Part shown: piece after piece, positions 32,112 to 42,083 of the stretch
How positions within the stretch are numbered: the stretch's first letter is position 1
Layout of the letters: every line of letters starts with the position of its first letter
DNA from: Acidobacteriota bacterium
GTDB lineage: Bacteria; Acidobacteriota; Blastocatellia; UBA7656
Length of the DNA: 64,000 bases
Assembly: GCA_016201275.1 (NCBI GenBank)
Contig: JACQDB010000030.1
Coordinates: forward strand, 65,864 to 129,863
Direction: 5' to 3'
The notes under the pieces: model-generated
What the model saw: only the letters and a program-made list of their open reading frames with translations
Databases searched by the model: none
What the model was told of the DNA's origin: nothing
Program-made: the position numbers and the translations under genes

Positions 32112-33428
32112 TCATGCCTGACGACGTTGTGCGCTGGCATCGAATACCTGCGCCAATTTTTCGGTCAAATGGCGGCGTTCGTATTGAGCAGCGAACCCAG
32201 ACAGCTTTTCCGTCGCCCCTTTTCTGCCTTCGCCCAGCAGGTCAAGCAAAGCGGCGTGGGTTTCGGCAACACAGGTGCGCTCAACCAGGTGCGCCGCCGG
32301 ATAATGCTGCAGTACCCGTGCTGCAGCTCCCTGTTTGTTGACCAGCGCCAGCACTGGCTTGCCTGTATTCAGATATTCGTAAACCTTGCCGGTCTCTTCC
32401 CAGGCGTGTTCGCCGCCAACCAGTAAAAGGGCATCCGCGCCGGTCACATAACTCAAACTCTCTTTGTGAGGCAAGTAGCCGGTTTGTCGAACTACTCCCT
32501 GTAAGGAAAGCTCGTGAATGAGTTTTTGCTCTTCGCCGATCTTGCCGACAAAGAGAATTTCAAAGGTTTGGGCAAGCTCCGGTTTTTCGTTCACCAATTC
32601 TTTCAGGGCGCGCAGAAAAACCTCTGCGGTGCGATAACCCGGCAGAAACGTGCCGCTATGCACGATGGTGAACTTGTCGAAGACTTGCGCGGGAACGCCC
32701 ACAAAATCCGCCGAGTCATAACCGTTCGGCAGATAATGAAACTTGTCCGCCCATTGCGGAAACTTTTCGGCATATACATCGCTGGCGCGATTGGCAAAGA
32801 TAGCGGCGCGACAGTGCGCCAGAATGCGGCGCTCCTGCCAGCCTTCTATGGCTTGACGCAACGGCGAACCGACGATCTGGCGATACGGCGACAGCGTCCA
32901 CGGGTCGCGCATATCTATGACGAACGGCACGCCGGTCAAACGCGAAAGCGCCGCTGCTGTAAAATATGCCGAATAGGGTTCGCCGGTCGCATAAATCAAA
33001 TCGAAGCTCAACCAACTCTCTCTGGCCAGCGCCCGCAAGGATTTTTCCCAGCCTTGTCCGGTGCTTGCCACTTTGCCATTTTGATTAGACGAAGCGGTTG
33101 CGGTGGGCGGACGCGTAAAGCGCGCCACCGGGTCCAGATGAGGGGTACGAATGACCTGAACGCCGTCGGGCAATTCCAAAATATGGGAATCATCCTGCAC
33201 GCCATAACAGGATTCCTGAACCGTCAGGACAGTCGGCAGCCAGCCCAATTCCGGCAGATACTTGACGAACTTCGCGGCACGCTGCACCCCTGCCCCTCCT
33301 GATGGGGGGAAAGCATAGGCAATAAATAAAACTCGTTTCAAGCAATCCCCAATTCGTCTCTCGTGAATTGCTGTCTCATATCGTAAGGACTTTTGCGAAG
33401 CGCTCTCGCAAAGCGGGCAGACAACCAC
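32112..33428 (-). CDS. GT4-like glycosyltransferase (parent of the pseudogene at 35638-36223)
   Basis: VLFIAYAFPPSGGAGVQRAAKFVKYL N-terminus and GT-B C-terminal half. The exact start is uncertain because of overlap with the deacetylase gene. Confidence 0.7.
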   Translation of the reverse strand: MVVCPLCESASQKSLRYETAIHERRIGDCLKRVLFIAYAFPPSGGAGVQRAAKFVKYLPELGWLPTVLTVQESCYGVQDDSHILELPDGVQVIRTPHLDPVARFTRPPTATASSNQNGKVASTGQGWEKSLRALARESWLSFDLIYATGEPYSAYFTAAALSRLTGVPFVIDMRDPWTLSPYRQIVGSPLRQAIEGWQERRILAHCRAAIFANRASDVYAEKFPQWADKFHYLPNGYDSADFVGVPAQVFDKFTIVHSGTFLPGYRTAEVFLRALKELVNEKPELAQTFEILFVGKIGEEQKLIHELSLQGVVRQTGYLPHKESLSYVTGADALLLVGGEHAWEETGKVYEYLNTGKPVLALVNKQGAAARVLQHYPAAHLVERTCVAETHAALLDLLGEGRKGATEKLSGFAAQYERRHLTEKLAQVFDASAQRRQA

Positions 33429-34422
33429 TGGTTACTATCTCTATTTGTAAAAGGTCTTGACGATACCCCCAGACGCCTATGCGCGGCAACGACTCCAGGT
33501 GAGCTTTATGCTCGCCAAATACGTTGCCTTCCAAGGTTGTGCAGGCGGTTTTAAAGCCGACTTCTTTGACGGCATCCACTTCGCGCCGACTCACGGTTGC
33601 CCGGTTGCCAAACGGGTAGGCGAAATGCTCAACCGGCTTTTGGATATGAGATTCGACTAGCTGTTTGGATTCGCCGATTTCTCGTTGCATGGTTTTGGCA
33701 GCTATTTGACTGAGGGCAAAATGATTTTTCGTATGAGCGCCTATGGTTACCTGTGGATCACCGCTTAGAGTCTTTATCTGTTCCCAACTCAGTGAAAGAG
33801 AGGTTGAATAGGTTGACAATTCCAGGCCGTTTGCCGCGAATAAATTTTGCAGCAACTCTTCCCTGCCTTGCTCATCTGCCGAAGTAATCAAATTGGCAAT
33901 GACGTGAAATGCCACTTCTTTTTGAAGCCTTGTGGATATGGGAAACTGATAGTCTATGCCGTCGTGAGAGAACCCAAGTGAGGATACTTTGACCAGCAGG
34001 TCTTCAAGGAGATACCACCAAATCACGGCTTTTTTTTCCGGGAAATTGGTCGTGATGAATACCGTAAACGGCGCTTCATACTTCTTGAAAATCGGATAGG
34101 CGATGGTGTAGGTATCCACATAGCCGTCATCAAACGTAAAGCAGGCAAACTTTTTCCGGGGCTGTTTCCCGGTGTGTAAATATTCGTACAGCAAATCAAG
34201 AGAGACGATTTCATGCCCTTTGGCAATAACCGATTCAAGCAGGGCTTCTAAAAATGCAGGGCTGATTTCGATAGCCGGATTCCCGACTCGCAGTTTGTCG
34301 GAGATGGCAACCACACGATGCAACATAAAGATCGTTCCTATGCCTGAAAAAAACGGCGAGAACATCCGATGAAGTTGCAGATATTCGGTGGCCAGTGTAA
34401 AAACTCGATTCTTTATTCCCAT
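33376..34422 (-). CDS. Polysaccharide deacetylase (NodB-homology domain)
   Basis: CFTFDDGYVDTY...APFTVFITTNF...IGAHTKNHFAL matches NodB motifs 1-3. Confidence 0.8.
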   Translation of the reverse strand: MGIKNRVFTLATEYLQLHRMFSPFFSGIGTIFMLHRVVAISDKLRVGNPAIEISPAFLEALLESVIAKGHEIVSLDLLYEYLHTGKQPRKKFACFTFDDGYVDTYTIAYPIFKKYEAPFTVFITTNFPEKKAVIWWYLLEDLLVKVSSLGFSHDGIDYQFPISTRLQKEVAFHVIANLITSADEQGREELLQNLFAANGLELSTYSTSLSLSWEQIKTLSGDPQVTIGAHTKNHFALSQIAAKTMQREIGESKQLVESHIQKPVEHFAYPFGNRATVSRREVDAVKEVGFKTACTTLEGNVFGEHKAHLESLPRIGVWGYRQDLLQIEIVTSGCLPALRERFAKVLTI

Positions 34423-34512
34423 GTCCGCTGTTCATCAATCTCTGAATTAGGATTTCGGTTTGTTATCCGAATCGTTGCCCAACCAGAGCGTCTAGCAGGA
34501 TCCGCCACCATA

Positions 34513-35514
34513 TTAATAGTCCCGTACAATCGGCTGAAGGTTATAGTTTGATGCGTTGAATGGATCAATGCCTTCCAGACTTGCGCGATTCGAGAACACG
34601 ATGAAAGGCGGTTTATAGGAAAACAGCGCTTTATTAAAGCTGTTTTTCAGAAATTGATTTTCTTCGTAAGCCTGCCTGAGCGGTTCATCCGTCGGCTCAA
34701 ACGTATAAATAAACGTGAAGCCATGTCGGTCAAACAGATAGCTGCAAACTTCGTTCATCACCTTTTTCAGCAACTCTTTATCCGATACCTGCACATAATG
34801 AATAAAGCACCGCCGTTTTTCTTCCTCTTTCCAAATCACCAGTCCGCAGAGCCGATTGGCTTGAGAAACTTTCACTATGCGATAGGCAATCAACGGGTGC
34901 GAAGCGATGCGCCAATTCAAAAATTCCCGGTTGATCTGTTGCTTGATAGTCGGTGAAGGTGTGGCTGCCGGTTCGGCAAATTCATTGCTGAACTCCTCAC
35001 CGAAAGATTCAATCTCTTCGAGAACGAAATCCCGCTTCCTTTGAAACAGATTTCGCAGCTTATGATAATGCTTCTCCAAAAAGATCAAATCAATTAACTT
35101 CACGGTTTGCCAATTCAACTTTTTGATAAACCCCGGATAAGAGGTTTCTCCGGGAAAGCCGATGACCAGTACCCATCCCTCTCTGGCGATCTGGTGTTGA
35201 TAGGTTCTTTCGGCAAGGCGGTTGAAAAGTCCCATTCTGCGATACTCCGGGTGGGTCATGGTATCCATAGACTGAAAGAACGTAACTGGTTGCTCATCAA
35301 TCAGATATTGTTCGGGAATCATTCCATAGAAGGCGGCGATTTTAGCGCCATCAACAGCCACATAGCAGACGGCTTTGCCCGCCGGATTATCCAGAAGTTT
35401 CCAGTGAAAATAATCGGCAGGTGGCTGCACGCCAAAACACAGAGAATAGAGTTCTGCCAGTTGTGGAAAGTCTGTTTGCCGAACCTCTCGATAATCAAAA
35501 TTGATTTGCTTCAT
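34513..35514 (-). CDS. GNAT-family N-acyltransferase (possibly FemAB-like, two-lobed)
   Basis: GNAT motif A region HPEYRRMGLFNRLAERT in the N-terminal lobe. 333 aa suggests a duplicated fold. Confidence 0.55.
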   Translation of the reverse strand: MKQINFDYREVRQTDFPQLAELYSLCFGVQPPADYFHWKLLDNPAGKAVCYVAVDGAKIAAFYGMIPEQYLIDEQPVTFFQSMDTMTHPEYRRMGLFNRLAERTYQHQIAREGWVLVIGFPGETSYPGFIKKLNWQTVKLIDLIFLEKHYHKLRNLFQRKRDFVLEEIESFGEEFSNEFAEPAATPSPTIKQQINREFLNWRIASHPLIAYRIVKVSQANRLCGLVIWKEEEKRRCFIHYVQVSDKELLKKVMNEVCSYLFDRHGFTFIYTFEPTDEPLRQAYEENQFLKNSFNKALFSYKPPFIVFSNRASLEGIDPFNASNYNLQPIVRDY

Positions 35515-35637
35515 AAGGATTCGTTTAACTCAATTCAACAGGTTAGTCAGTAACCTCACGATACGGTGCGAACGTCCACGGGTTGCATATATCGCCTGTC
35601 AAAGGCGACCGCACCACTGCTGTGAAAGAGGTCTCTG

Positions 35638-36223
35638 CTATCGTCTCTTGAGAAAGAGAGAGCCTGTCATAAGAAAGACTTCACGGTTCCTGAGCAGCGC
35701 CGAACCGACGATCTGGCGATACGGCGACAGCGTCCACGGGTCGCGCATATCTATGACGAACGGCACGCCGGTCAAACGCGAAAGCGCCGCTGCTGTAAAA
35801 TATGCCGAATAGGGTTCGCCGGTCGCATAAATCAAATCGAACATCGGGAATCAACAACGTCTTATCGAACGTCATCCAGGCTTTTCCGGCAACGGCGCGC
35901 AGTGCTTGTTTGCGTGATCGTTTGGCTATCGTCCTGTCGCCGTTATCGCTGCCCTGATGATTCACCGATGATGCAGCGGCAGGCAGTCGCGTGAATCGCG
36001 CAACCGGATCGAAATGCGCCGTGCGAATAATTTTTATGCTGTCAGGAAAATCATCGGTGTGGGAAGCGTCTTGCACTCCGTAGCAAGATTCGGTAACCGT
36101 CAACACTGTCGGCAGCCAACCAAACTCCGGCAGATACTTGACGAATTTCGCCGTGCGCTGCACCCCCGCCCCACCAGCCGGAGGAAAGGTGTAAGCGATG
36201 ACTAAAACACGAAGCTGATTCAC
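35638..36223 (-). pseudogene. Frameshifted, C-terminally truncated duplicate of the GT4 gene at 32112-33428
   Basis: 35702-35841 is 100% identical to 32866-33005 (140 bp). The upstream part encodes MNQLRVLVIAYTFPPAGGAGVQRTAKFVKYLPEFGWLPTVLTV, about 80% identical to the parent N-terminus. A frame break occurs near 35845-35870, and no GT-B C-terminal half follows. Confidence 0.75.
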
Positions 36224-36291
36224 TGGTTATTCAATACTTGAGTTTGCCTAAAATAGCTCTCTATCATCAACAAAGTCTTCCGCTCAATATT

Positions 36292-37569
36292 TCAATGAGT
36301 GAAATCCTTGTGGATATTATCCAGGTTGCTAAGACACTCCAAAATGTTCGTGAAGCCATATCTCTCGCTGCTTATGCTGACAGGAAACTGCATTTCCTTT
36401 GGGGCAAGTTTATTCTTATCTATCGAGCCATAGCGCACCGCTGACTCAATTGTACTCAATATAGTAGAGTTGTCTATCGCATTTCTTATTCTGGCTCGCA
36501 AACTACCAATCATTCCTTGACGTTGTGGAGGGGCAGCGGGGTATCTCCACTTTTCAATGGCTTGTGCAGCCTTATTTTTCACCTCTTCGGGCTGTCTCTC
36601 CAAGGCTTCAAATAACTCCTTTTCATCCGCACTGGTATCAATGCCTCTTGTACGAAGAGATACTATTTGACCATAAGTGGCAAGAAAGTAACTCTCCCAA
36701 TTCAGTTCAATATCTGACAGCACACTAGGCATTTTCTCCTTCACTAGCAAGAGAGTATCGCCCACATAATTAGTGACGATCACGGACTTCAAAGGTACCC
36801 TTGAAAAAAGGTCTTCGCCCTTGAACTCTGCTTTAAATTCATGAGTAGCTTCATTCCTGTTATACAGCGTTGAAGACCCGATACTCTCTCTGGCAGAACC
36901 TGCTATATATAAAGGCTCATCTATGAACAGATATCCTGCTGTCAAAGCCAGCGCCTCCACACAAAACGAATAATCGGGGCAGGATGGCAGGAAGACGCGA
37001 CCAACTTGTTTTTTTATATCTTCCAAGATTTTTCTCGATGCAAAAGAATTCAACATCTTGGGATGACGAACATGATAGGTAAAAGAAAATATATCACGTA
37101 AATCTGCTTTGCTCTCAAAGTATTGAGTGCCTCCCTGAAAATAATTGCGTATCAGCAGGGTATTTCTTTCATCCACATTATTCCAAGTCGGATGAAAATA
37201 CCATCCCGCATTCCAGGTGATGATCTCAACCTTGTTCTCATGTAATAAACCACTCACTTTAGCTAGAAGATTGGGGCTAATCGCATCATCATCACACAAG
37301 TAAGTGATATATTCCCCTTTGGCATAATTCAAAGCAAAATCCCAATGATCTGGCATGGATAAGGTTTTATCGGTACGGATGTAGCGAACCCGATCACCAC
37401 CGACTTCTCGGACAACGTCTTCTGTATCATCCGTGCAGTTGTTATTACTGACTAGGATTTCATAATCATCAAAGGTTTGATTCAGGGCGCTTTGCAAAGC
37501 ATAACGCAATAAATACGCCCGGTTGCGGGTGGGAATGACGATTGAAAATAATGGCATAATTTCTCTCAA
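36292..37569 (-). CDS. Glycosyltransferase family 2
   Basis: FSIVIPTRNRAYLL...TFDDYEILVSNNNCTDDT...YLCDDDA (GT-A, DxD). Confidence 0.8.
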   Translation of the reverse strand: MREIMPLFSIVIPTRNRAYLLRYALQSALNQTFDDYEILVSNNNCTDDTEDVVREVGGDRVRYIRTDKTLSMPDHWDFALNYAKGEYITYLCDDDAISPNLLAKVSGLLHENKVEIITWNAGWYFHPTWNNVDERNTLLIRNYFQGGTQYFESKADLRDIFSFTYHVRHPKMLNSFASRKILEDIKKQVGRVFLPSCPDYSFCVEALALTAGYLFIDEPLYIAGSARESIGSSTLYNRNEATHEFKAEFKGEDLFSRVPLKSVIVTNYVGDTLLLVKEKMPSVLSDIELNWESYFLATYGQIVSLRTRGIDTSADEKELFEALERQPEEVKNKAAQAIEKWRYPAAPPQRQGMIGSLRARIRNAIDNSTILSTIESAVRYGSIDKNKLAPKEMQFPVSISSERYGFTNILECLSNLDNIHKDFTH

Positions 37570-37599
37570 AGATAATTTGATTTTGACGGCTCAAAAATC

Positions 37600-38724
37600 T
37601 CACGACCCCAATATCTCTTGTAGAGATTCACAAACATATTCAACTTTTTCTCTGGAAAGATTGAGGCCACTGGGCAGATTTAATCCAGATGGGGCTATCT
37701 CGTAAGCGTTGCAGTTCCTAGCTCTGGCTAACGCGGCTTGCGGCATCTCAGCGTAAGCAGGAATCGAACTCAAGGGATAAAACAAGGGGCGGCAATCTAT
37801 ACCTTTTTCAGATAACCGATTCATCGCCTCTTCTTTCGCCAATTGCCATCGCTTATCGAAAAGAACGCTCACCATCCAGTAGGTGTTTTTTACCCCAAGG
37901 GCTTCACGGTTGAGGGTGATTCCTTCGACATCCATAAGCCCTTGTTGATACCAGTGAAAAATCTCGCGCTTGCGTTCGACGAGTTCTTCGACTCTCTCTA
38001 ACTGGGCAAGTCCCAATGCCGCCTGCATACTCGACATCTTATATTTATGCGCCACCTCGGTATTCCAAAACAATTTATCGCCGGGTTTGCGTCCATGGTC
38101 TTGCAGAAAGCGACAGCGTTGATAAAGCTCTTCATCATCCGTGAGCAGCATTCCGCCTTCCCCAGTCGTCAAGGTCTTTGACCCGTGAAAGCTGAAGGTG
38201 CTTAGGGAGCCAAAGCTCCCCGCTTTTTTCCCTTGATATTCGCTGCCGATGGATTCCGCCGCATCTTCAATCACCTGTATGCCGTGGCTCTGGGCAATCT
38301 CCAGTATGGCGTCCATATCAGGCATATTGCCGTAGAGATTGACCACGATGACCGCTTTGGTTCGGGGAGTGATATTTTCCAGAAATGAGTTGGCATCCAG
38401 ACACCACGAGTCTTTATCAACGTCTGCAAAAACGGGTTGCGCGCCAACGTATGAAATCGGCGCGGAACTGGCAATCCAGGTAATCTCAGGAACGATCACC
38501 TCGTCTCCTGCTTTGACCCCCAGACTCAGTAGCGCCAAGTGGAGCGCCGAGGTACAGGAAGGCAACGCCATCGCATACCTTCGTCCAACATACTCGGCAA
38601 ATGCTGTCTCGAACTTTGCGTGGTACATATTGGCATTGCCATACCAGGCATTGGTGACCGCATCGGTGACATAATCAATCTCTTTTTGGGTGATCCAAGG
38701 ACCCGAAACCGATATGCGTTCCAT
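37600..38724 (-). CDS. DegT/DnrJ/EryC1/StrS-family PLP-dependent NDP-sugar aminotransferase
   Basis: ISVSGPWITQKEIDYV..., and SFHGSKTLTTGEGG with the PLP Lys in the SKT context. About 374 aa from the internal ATG, which is too short for an E1 3-dehydrase. Confidence 0.88.
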   Translation of the reverse strand: MERISVSGPWITQKEIDYVTDAVTNAWYGNANMYHAKFETAFAEYVGRRYAMALPSCTSALHLALLSLGVKAGDEVIVPEITWIASSAPISYVGAQPVFADVDKDSWCLDANSFLENITPRTKAVIVVNLYGNMPDMDAILEIAQSHGIQVIEDAAESIGSEYQGKKAGSFGSLSTFSFHGSKTLTTGEGGMLLTDDEELYQRCRFLQDHGRKPGDKLFWNTEVAHKYKMSSMQAALGLAQLERVEELVERKREIFHWYQQGLMDVEGITLNREALGVKNTYWMVSVLFDKRWQLAKEEAMNRLSEKGIDCRPLFYPLSSIPAYAEMPQAALARARNCNAYEIAPSGLNLPSGLNLSREKVEYVCESLQEILGS

Positions 38725-38729
38725 CTTTC

Positions 38730-39482
38730 CTAATCCTTCACACATTTCAAATAGCCGTCAGGAGCTACGGTAATGAGCAATTTATTTTCTATCTCTTTAT
38801 CTATTTCAAAGCGGTCATTTTTTTTCAGAAATTCATGCACGGCTGTTTTGGGATTGTTGCCTTTACCCCAGGGGCGATCCTGAAAAAAATCTTCCGGCAA
38901 ATCTTCAATCACCGTATCAAACACCACAAGATAGCTGCCCTTGGATACCAGTGGCGCATAGAGTTGTAACTCGCGCAAGACGTGGTCATGGGAATGATTG
39001 GAATCCAAAATCACAAGAACTCTTTCCTTGCCTTTAGCAAAGTTATGAACCTTTTCCACCACCAACGAATCAACCGATGAGCCTTCAAGGATTTTTATTC
39101 TTTTATACATCGGGTGCTTTTCAAGCTCAATTCTATTGTGGCTTCTCACCTCAATATCTATTCCTAAAATTTCTCTCGTGCCACCAATCAATTCCAGCAT
39201 GGAGGCATAAAAAATCAAAGACCCTCCATGCGCGATGCCAGTTTCGATGATGAGATCAGGTTGAACCCGCCAAATAATTTCTTGCATGGCAAGAATATCT
39301 TGCGGGAACTGAATAATCGGTCTTCCCATCCAAGTAAAATTATAGGAATACTTGTATTTGGAAACTTCTGTTATCCAGGTGTTAGAAGTTTTTGCGATGA
39401 GAGAATTCTCTCCTAATCTTCTGATGTTTTCGGCTTTTTCTTCTTCAAAGGAAGTCATAAAGAGTCTCTTGCTAAAAATCAA
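38730..39482 (-). CDS. CmcI / cephalosporin-hydroxylase-family protein (class I methyltransferase fold; sugar O-methyltransferase-like)
   Basis: 250 aa. RPIIQFPQDILAMQEIIWRVQPDLIIETGIAHGGS matches the CmcI family core. Confidence 0.6.
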   Translation of the reverse strand: MIFSKRLFMTSFEEEKAENIRRLGENSLIAKTSNTWITEVSKYKYSYNFTWMGRPIIQFPQDILAMQEIIWRVQPDLIIETGIAHGGSLIFYASMLELIGGTREILGIDIEVRSHNRIELEKHPMYKRIKILEGSSVDSLVVEKVHNFAKGKERVLVILDSNHSHDHVLRELQLYAPLVSKGSYLVVFDTVIEDLPEDFFQDRPWGKGNNPKTAVHEFLKKNDRFEIDKEIENKLLITVAPDGYLKCVKD

Positions 39483-40287
39483 ATTGGTTATGCCGTTGCA
39501 TAATTGTCATTCTAATGGGGCTAAATTTTCCGACCCAAGGGAGTTTGACGGCTACTTGATGGATTTCATGGTTATAGTCAGGAGTTTCTCCGCGCATTTC
39601 GCACATCGCCGAATAAATCACCCTTGTGGCAAAGTAATAAGAACTCGAAAAATCAAGAAAGCTGATGCGCTCAAAAAACTCTTCCGCCAAGCCTACAAAC
39701 TCTGTCTCTTTGAAATACAGATTATGCCATCTGATAGGAATCTCTTTTAGCCCTACAGACTGACGGGCAGCGGTCAAATTTTCTTGCCCTTCAACAAAAT
39801 TTTCTACTGCCAGATAGTAGCCGCCGGGCTTCGTATGTTTGGCGATTTGTGCGATGGCGCGCGACTGCGCTGCCACAGAATCTAAATTGATTAGACAACG
39901 GTCTGAAATAACCACGTCGAAAAGCTCTGCGTCACAAGTCTGGTCAATATCCATCGCGTTGCCCACTTTGAATAAGACTCTGTCCTTTAGTTCAGCAGTA
40001 TTTTCTATATTTGCCTGCGCCAAACTTATCATTTGCTCACTATAATCGAGTCCCAGAAACTGAACTTCAGGAAATTTTTGAGCAATCTGAATCGTTGAAT
40101 AACCATCACCACACCCTACGTCAAGAACGCTCTTGAGCTCCGGCAAATCCAGTTGACTCATCCTGTCAATGAACGTGGCGATTTCAATTTTTCTTAGATA
40201 AATATCATCTGTAGTGGCTGAAGTCCTGCCTACATTTTGTGCCGCTCTCTCATCCCAATATTGCTTGATGTTTAAATCCTTATCCAC
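39472..40287 (-). CDS. Class I SAM-dependent methyltransferase
   Basis: VLDVGCGDGYSTIQIA ... FDVVISDRCLINL ... PGGYYLAVE. Confidence 0.75.
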   Translation of the reverse strand: MDKDLNIKQYWDERAAQNVGRTSATTDDIYLRKIEIATFIDRMSQLDLPELKSVLDVGCGDGYSTIQIAQKFPEVQFLGLDYSEQMISLAQANIENTAELKDRVLFKVGNAMDIDQTCDAELFDVVISDRCLINLDSVAAQSRAIAQIAKHTKPGGYYLAVENFVEGQENLTAARQSVGLKEIPIRWHNLYFKETEFVGLAEEFFERISFLDFSSSYYFATRVIYSAMCEMRGETPDYNHEIHQVAVKLPWVGKFSPIRMTIMQRHNQFDF

Positions 40288-40290
40288 GTC

Positions 40291-40842
40291 TCACTCCTTG
40301 AAATCCTGATAGGAAAGATCTTTTTCAGAGATCGAACGAATCTCCAAAGGTAAGCGAATACCAAAAGTCGCATCATCCCATCTTACGCCTCTGGCGCTTT
40401 CGGGATAATAAAACTCAGACATCTGGTAAAAGACTTCCGTGTTGTCGGCAAGCGTTTGAAATCCATGCGCGAAGCCTTCCGGTATGTAAAGCATCCGGCG
40501 ATTCTCTGCCGTAAGCTCTACTGCCAGCCATTGCTTGAAGGTTGCGGAACTCTCGCGCAGATCAATCATCACATCGTAGATTGCGCCCATCGTACAACGC
40601 ACCAACTTCACCTCTTGGTGCGGCGCAACTTGATAGTGCATACCGCGCAACGTACCTCTTTTTTTATTGAAAGAGATACTGCATTGCACCAGTTTGGCAT
40701 TCAAGCCATGCGCTTCAAATTCGCCTTCACACCAAGTCCGCGCAAAAAAACCTCTCTCATCTACCAACCTCTCCGGCTCTATCAGGTATGCGCCTTTTAG
40801 TTTCAATTCCGTGAATACCATAAGCCAGTGTGCTATCTTCAC
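40291..40842 (-). CDS. NDP-4-keto-6-deoxyhexose 3,5-epimerase (RmlC-like cupin)
   Basis: 183 aa. ERGFFARTW..., RGMHYQ..., and EVKLVRCTMGAIYDVMIDLR...YIPEGFAHGFQTL match the RmlC catalytic His/Lys/Tyr layout. Confidence 0.85.
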   Translation of the reverse strand: MKIAHWLMVFTELKLKGAYLIEPERLVDERGFFARTWCEGEFEAHGLNAKLVQCSISFNKKRGTLRGMHYQVAPHQEVKLVRCTMGAIYDVMIDLRESSATFKQWLAVELTAENRRMLYIPEGFAHGFQTLADNTEVFYQMSEFYYPESARGVRWDDATFGIRLPLEIRSISEKDLSYQDFKE

Positions 40843-42083
40843 ACCACTTTCAACTCTGGAATCGGGATGATGAAGCGTCCGCCCTGTTGGCGAAACTCCG
40901 ATTGTTGAGCAAGAATTTCATCAGCAAAATTCCACGTCAAAAGCAGAACGTAATCCGGAATTGCCGCAAGCAATTTTTCCGGTGCGTAAATTGGCAGATG
41001 GGTTCCAGGCGTATAATAGCCCTGTTTTTTTGTGCTGCGGTCAACCACGAAATCAATCGTTTCGCACCCGATACCAAAGTAATTCAACAGCGTGCTGCCT
41101 TTTGCGGAAGCTCCGTAAGCCGCTACTCTCTTGCCATTTGATTTCAGTTCCTTTAATAAGGCGAGCATACTTGCTTTCAATTCTTCAACCTTCGCGCCAA
41201 AGCCTTTATAAAAGCGCAATTCTTTTAAGCCTAACTCCGCTTCCTTTCGCAAAGTATCCCTCACAGCTTGAGAGCCTGTGCCGGTTCGTTGATTGTCATT
41301 CTTACAAACAAATACTCTCAGTGAGCCGCCGTGAACCGACAGATGCTCGACATCGGCAATGAACAGGTCATGGCGTTGGAACAAAGTGTTGAGCGCCGTC
41401 AACGAGAAGTAACACAGATGTTCGTGATAGATGGTGTCAAACTCTACGCCGTTTAGCATATCCAGAACATACGGCACTTCGATTGAAGCTATGCCCTCGT
41501 CTTTGAGAATGAGATGCAATCCCGCGACAAAGCCGTTGAGGTCGGCGACGTGCGCTAAAACATTGTTGGCATGAACGACATCAGCAAACTTCCCATCCCG
41601 ACTAAGTTGCAAGCCAAGCTCTTTGCCAAAGAATTCACTGATGCTCGTGATGCCGCGCTCTTCTTGAGCGACGCGAGCGATGTTAGCCGCAGGCTCTATG
41701 CCCAGCACCGCAATGCCTCTCTGTTGATAATGCTGTAATAAATAGCCATCATTGCTGGCAATCTCTATGACCAAGCTGTTGCCATTCAAGCGCCGCGATT
41801 CGATCAGCCGTCGCGCTATGGCTTCTGAATGTTGCAGCATGGTGTCGGAAAATGAGGAGAAGTAGAAATACTCTCTGAACAACTTTTCGGGTGGCACGGT
41901 CTCGGTGATTTGCACTAAGGAACAGAGCGCACAAAAGCCTAAATCCAGTGGATAAGTTGGCTCAACTTTCGCAAGTTGCTCCTGATTCAATAAAGCATTT
42001 GCCAGCGGCGTCTCTCCTAACGAGAGAATGAGTTCGAGATGGGCTTCGCCACAAGAGCGACACACCGCAGAAGTAATTTTCAT
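40839..42083 (-). CDS. NDP-hexose C-methyltransferase (TylCIII/NovU-like; Zn-ribbon + SAM MTase + C-methyltransferase C-domain)
   Basis: N-terminal CRSCGEAHLELILSLGETPLANAL...GFCALCSLVQ (Cys4 ribbon), then a class I MTase core (LVIEIASNDGY). Start set at internal ATG 42081-42083. Confidence 0.7.
   Translation of the reverse strand: MKITSAVCRSCGEAHLELILSLGETPLANALLNQEQLAKVEPTYPLDLGFCALCSLVQITETVPPEKLFREYFYFSSFSDTMLQHSEAIARRLIESRRLNGNSLVIEIASNDGYLLQHYQQRGIAVLGIEPAANIARVAQEERGITSISEFFGKELGLQLSRDGKFADVVHANNVLAHVADLNGFVAGLHLILKDEGIASIEVPYVLDMLNGVEFDTIYHEHLCYFSLTALNTLFQRHDLFIADVEHLSVHGGSLRVFVCKNDNQRTGTGSQAVRDTLRKEAELGLKELRFYKGFGAKVEELKASMLALLKELKSNGKRVAAYGASAKGSTLLNYFGIGCETIDFVVDRSTKKQGYYTPGTHLPIYAPEKLLAAIPDYVLLLTWNFADEILAQQSEFRQQGGRFIIPIPELKVV

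Noticed and set aside
37600-38745. DegT-family gene as an E1 (CDP-6-deoxy-4-hexulose 3-dehydrase, RfbH/DdhC)
   Set aside because: The protein is ~375 aa and lacks the extra C-terminal Cys-rich Fe-S region of E1 enzymes. Kept as an aminotransferase.
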